Notes under the pieces: generated by a model | What the model saw: the letters and a program-made list of their open reading frames with translations, nothing else | What the model was told of the DNA's origin: nothing | Databases searched by the model: none | Position numbers and translations under genes: made by a program | Source of the DNA: Octopus bimaculoides | Taxonomy: Eukaryota | Assembly (NCBI RefSeq): GCF_001194135.2 | Contig: NC_068999.1 | Coordinates: forward strand, 50,154,159 to 50,218,158 | Direction: 5' to 3' | DNA: 64,000 nt | Part shown: positions 63,813 to 64,000 of the stretch, piece after piece | Layout: each line of letters opens with the position of its first letter | How positions within the stretch are numbered: position 1 is the stretch's first letter

Positions 63813-64000
63813 GCTATTAGTTTAGTTCTGAGTGGATATACGAGTTTCTTTGTTTCCCTCTACCAAATCCACTCAGAAAGCCCTGGTCCGCCTGAGACCA
63901 TGTATGCATGCGTGTGTCTTTGTCTCCTTGATATGCCTCCATATTGCTCAACAACTGGCATTCATTTATTTATGTCCCCATAGCTTTGTCGTTCAACGAA

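Overview
AT-rich, repeat-dense eukaryotic DNA with several assembly gaps. The repeat content, kb-scale introns and (TA)n(TG)n microsatellites suggest an octopus or other coleoid cephalopod; this is inferred. Two host genes lie head to head. (1) EMSY on the minus strand: 20 coding exons traced by hand from ATG 37624 to about 3627, with compatible splice phases except at one junction that falls in a gap. It encodes an N-terminal ENT domain and at least about 1850 aa, mostly low-complexity, and the last exon is uncertain. (2) CEP19 on the plus strand: a single-exon CDS at 57637-58344 with an extra acidic tail. The rest is mostly mobile DNA: at least four tRNA-derived SINE families, a TTAA-flanked MITE family, RTE and L1/Tx1 LINE relics, mariner and Tc1 relics, and a hAT MITE with an 8-bp TSD. 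The best lead is a ~66-bp tandem unit in the (GAT)n-tailed retroposon, apparently an RTE 3' UTR, that partly fits the HDV-like self-cleaving ribozyme fold. It lies sense to both genes, including in the probable CEP19 3' UTR. Other leads are repeated insertion of that retroposon at one site of the MITE, a compact mini-intron gene relic between the two genes, and several long hairpins.
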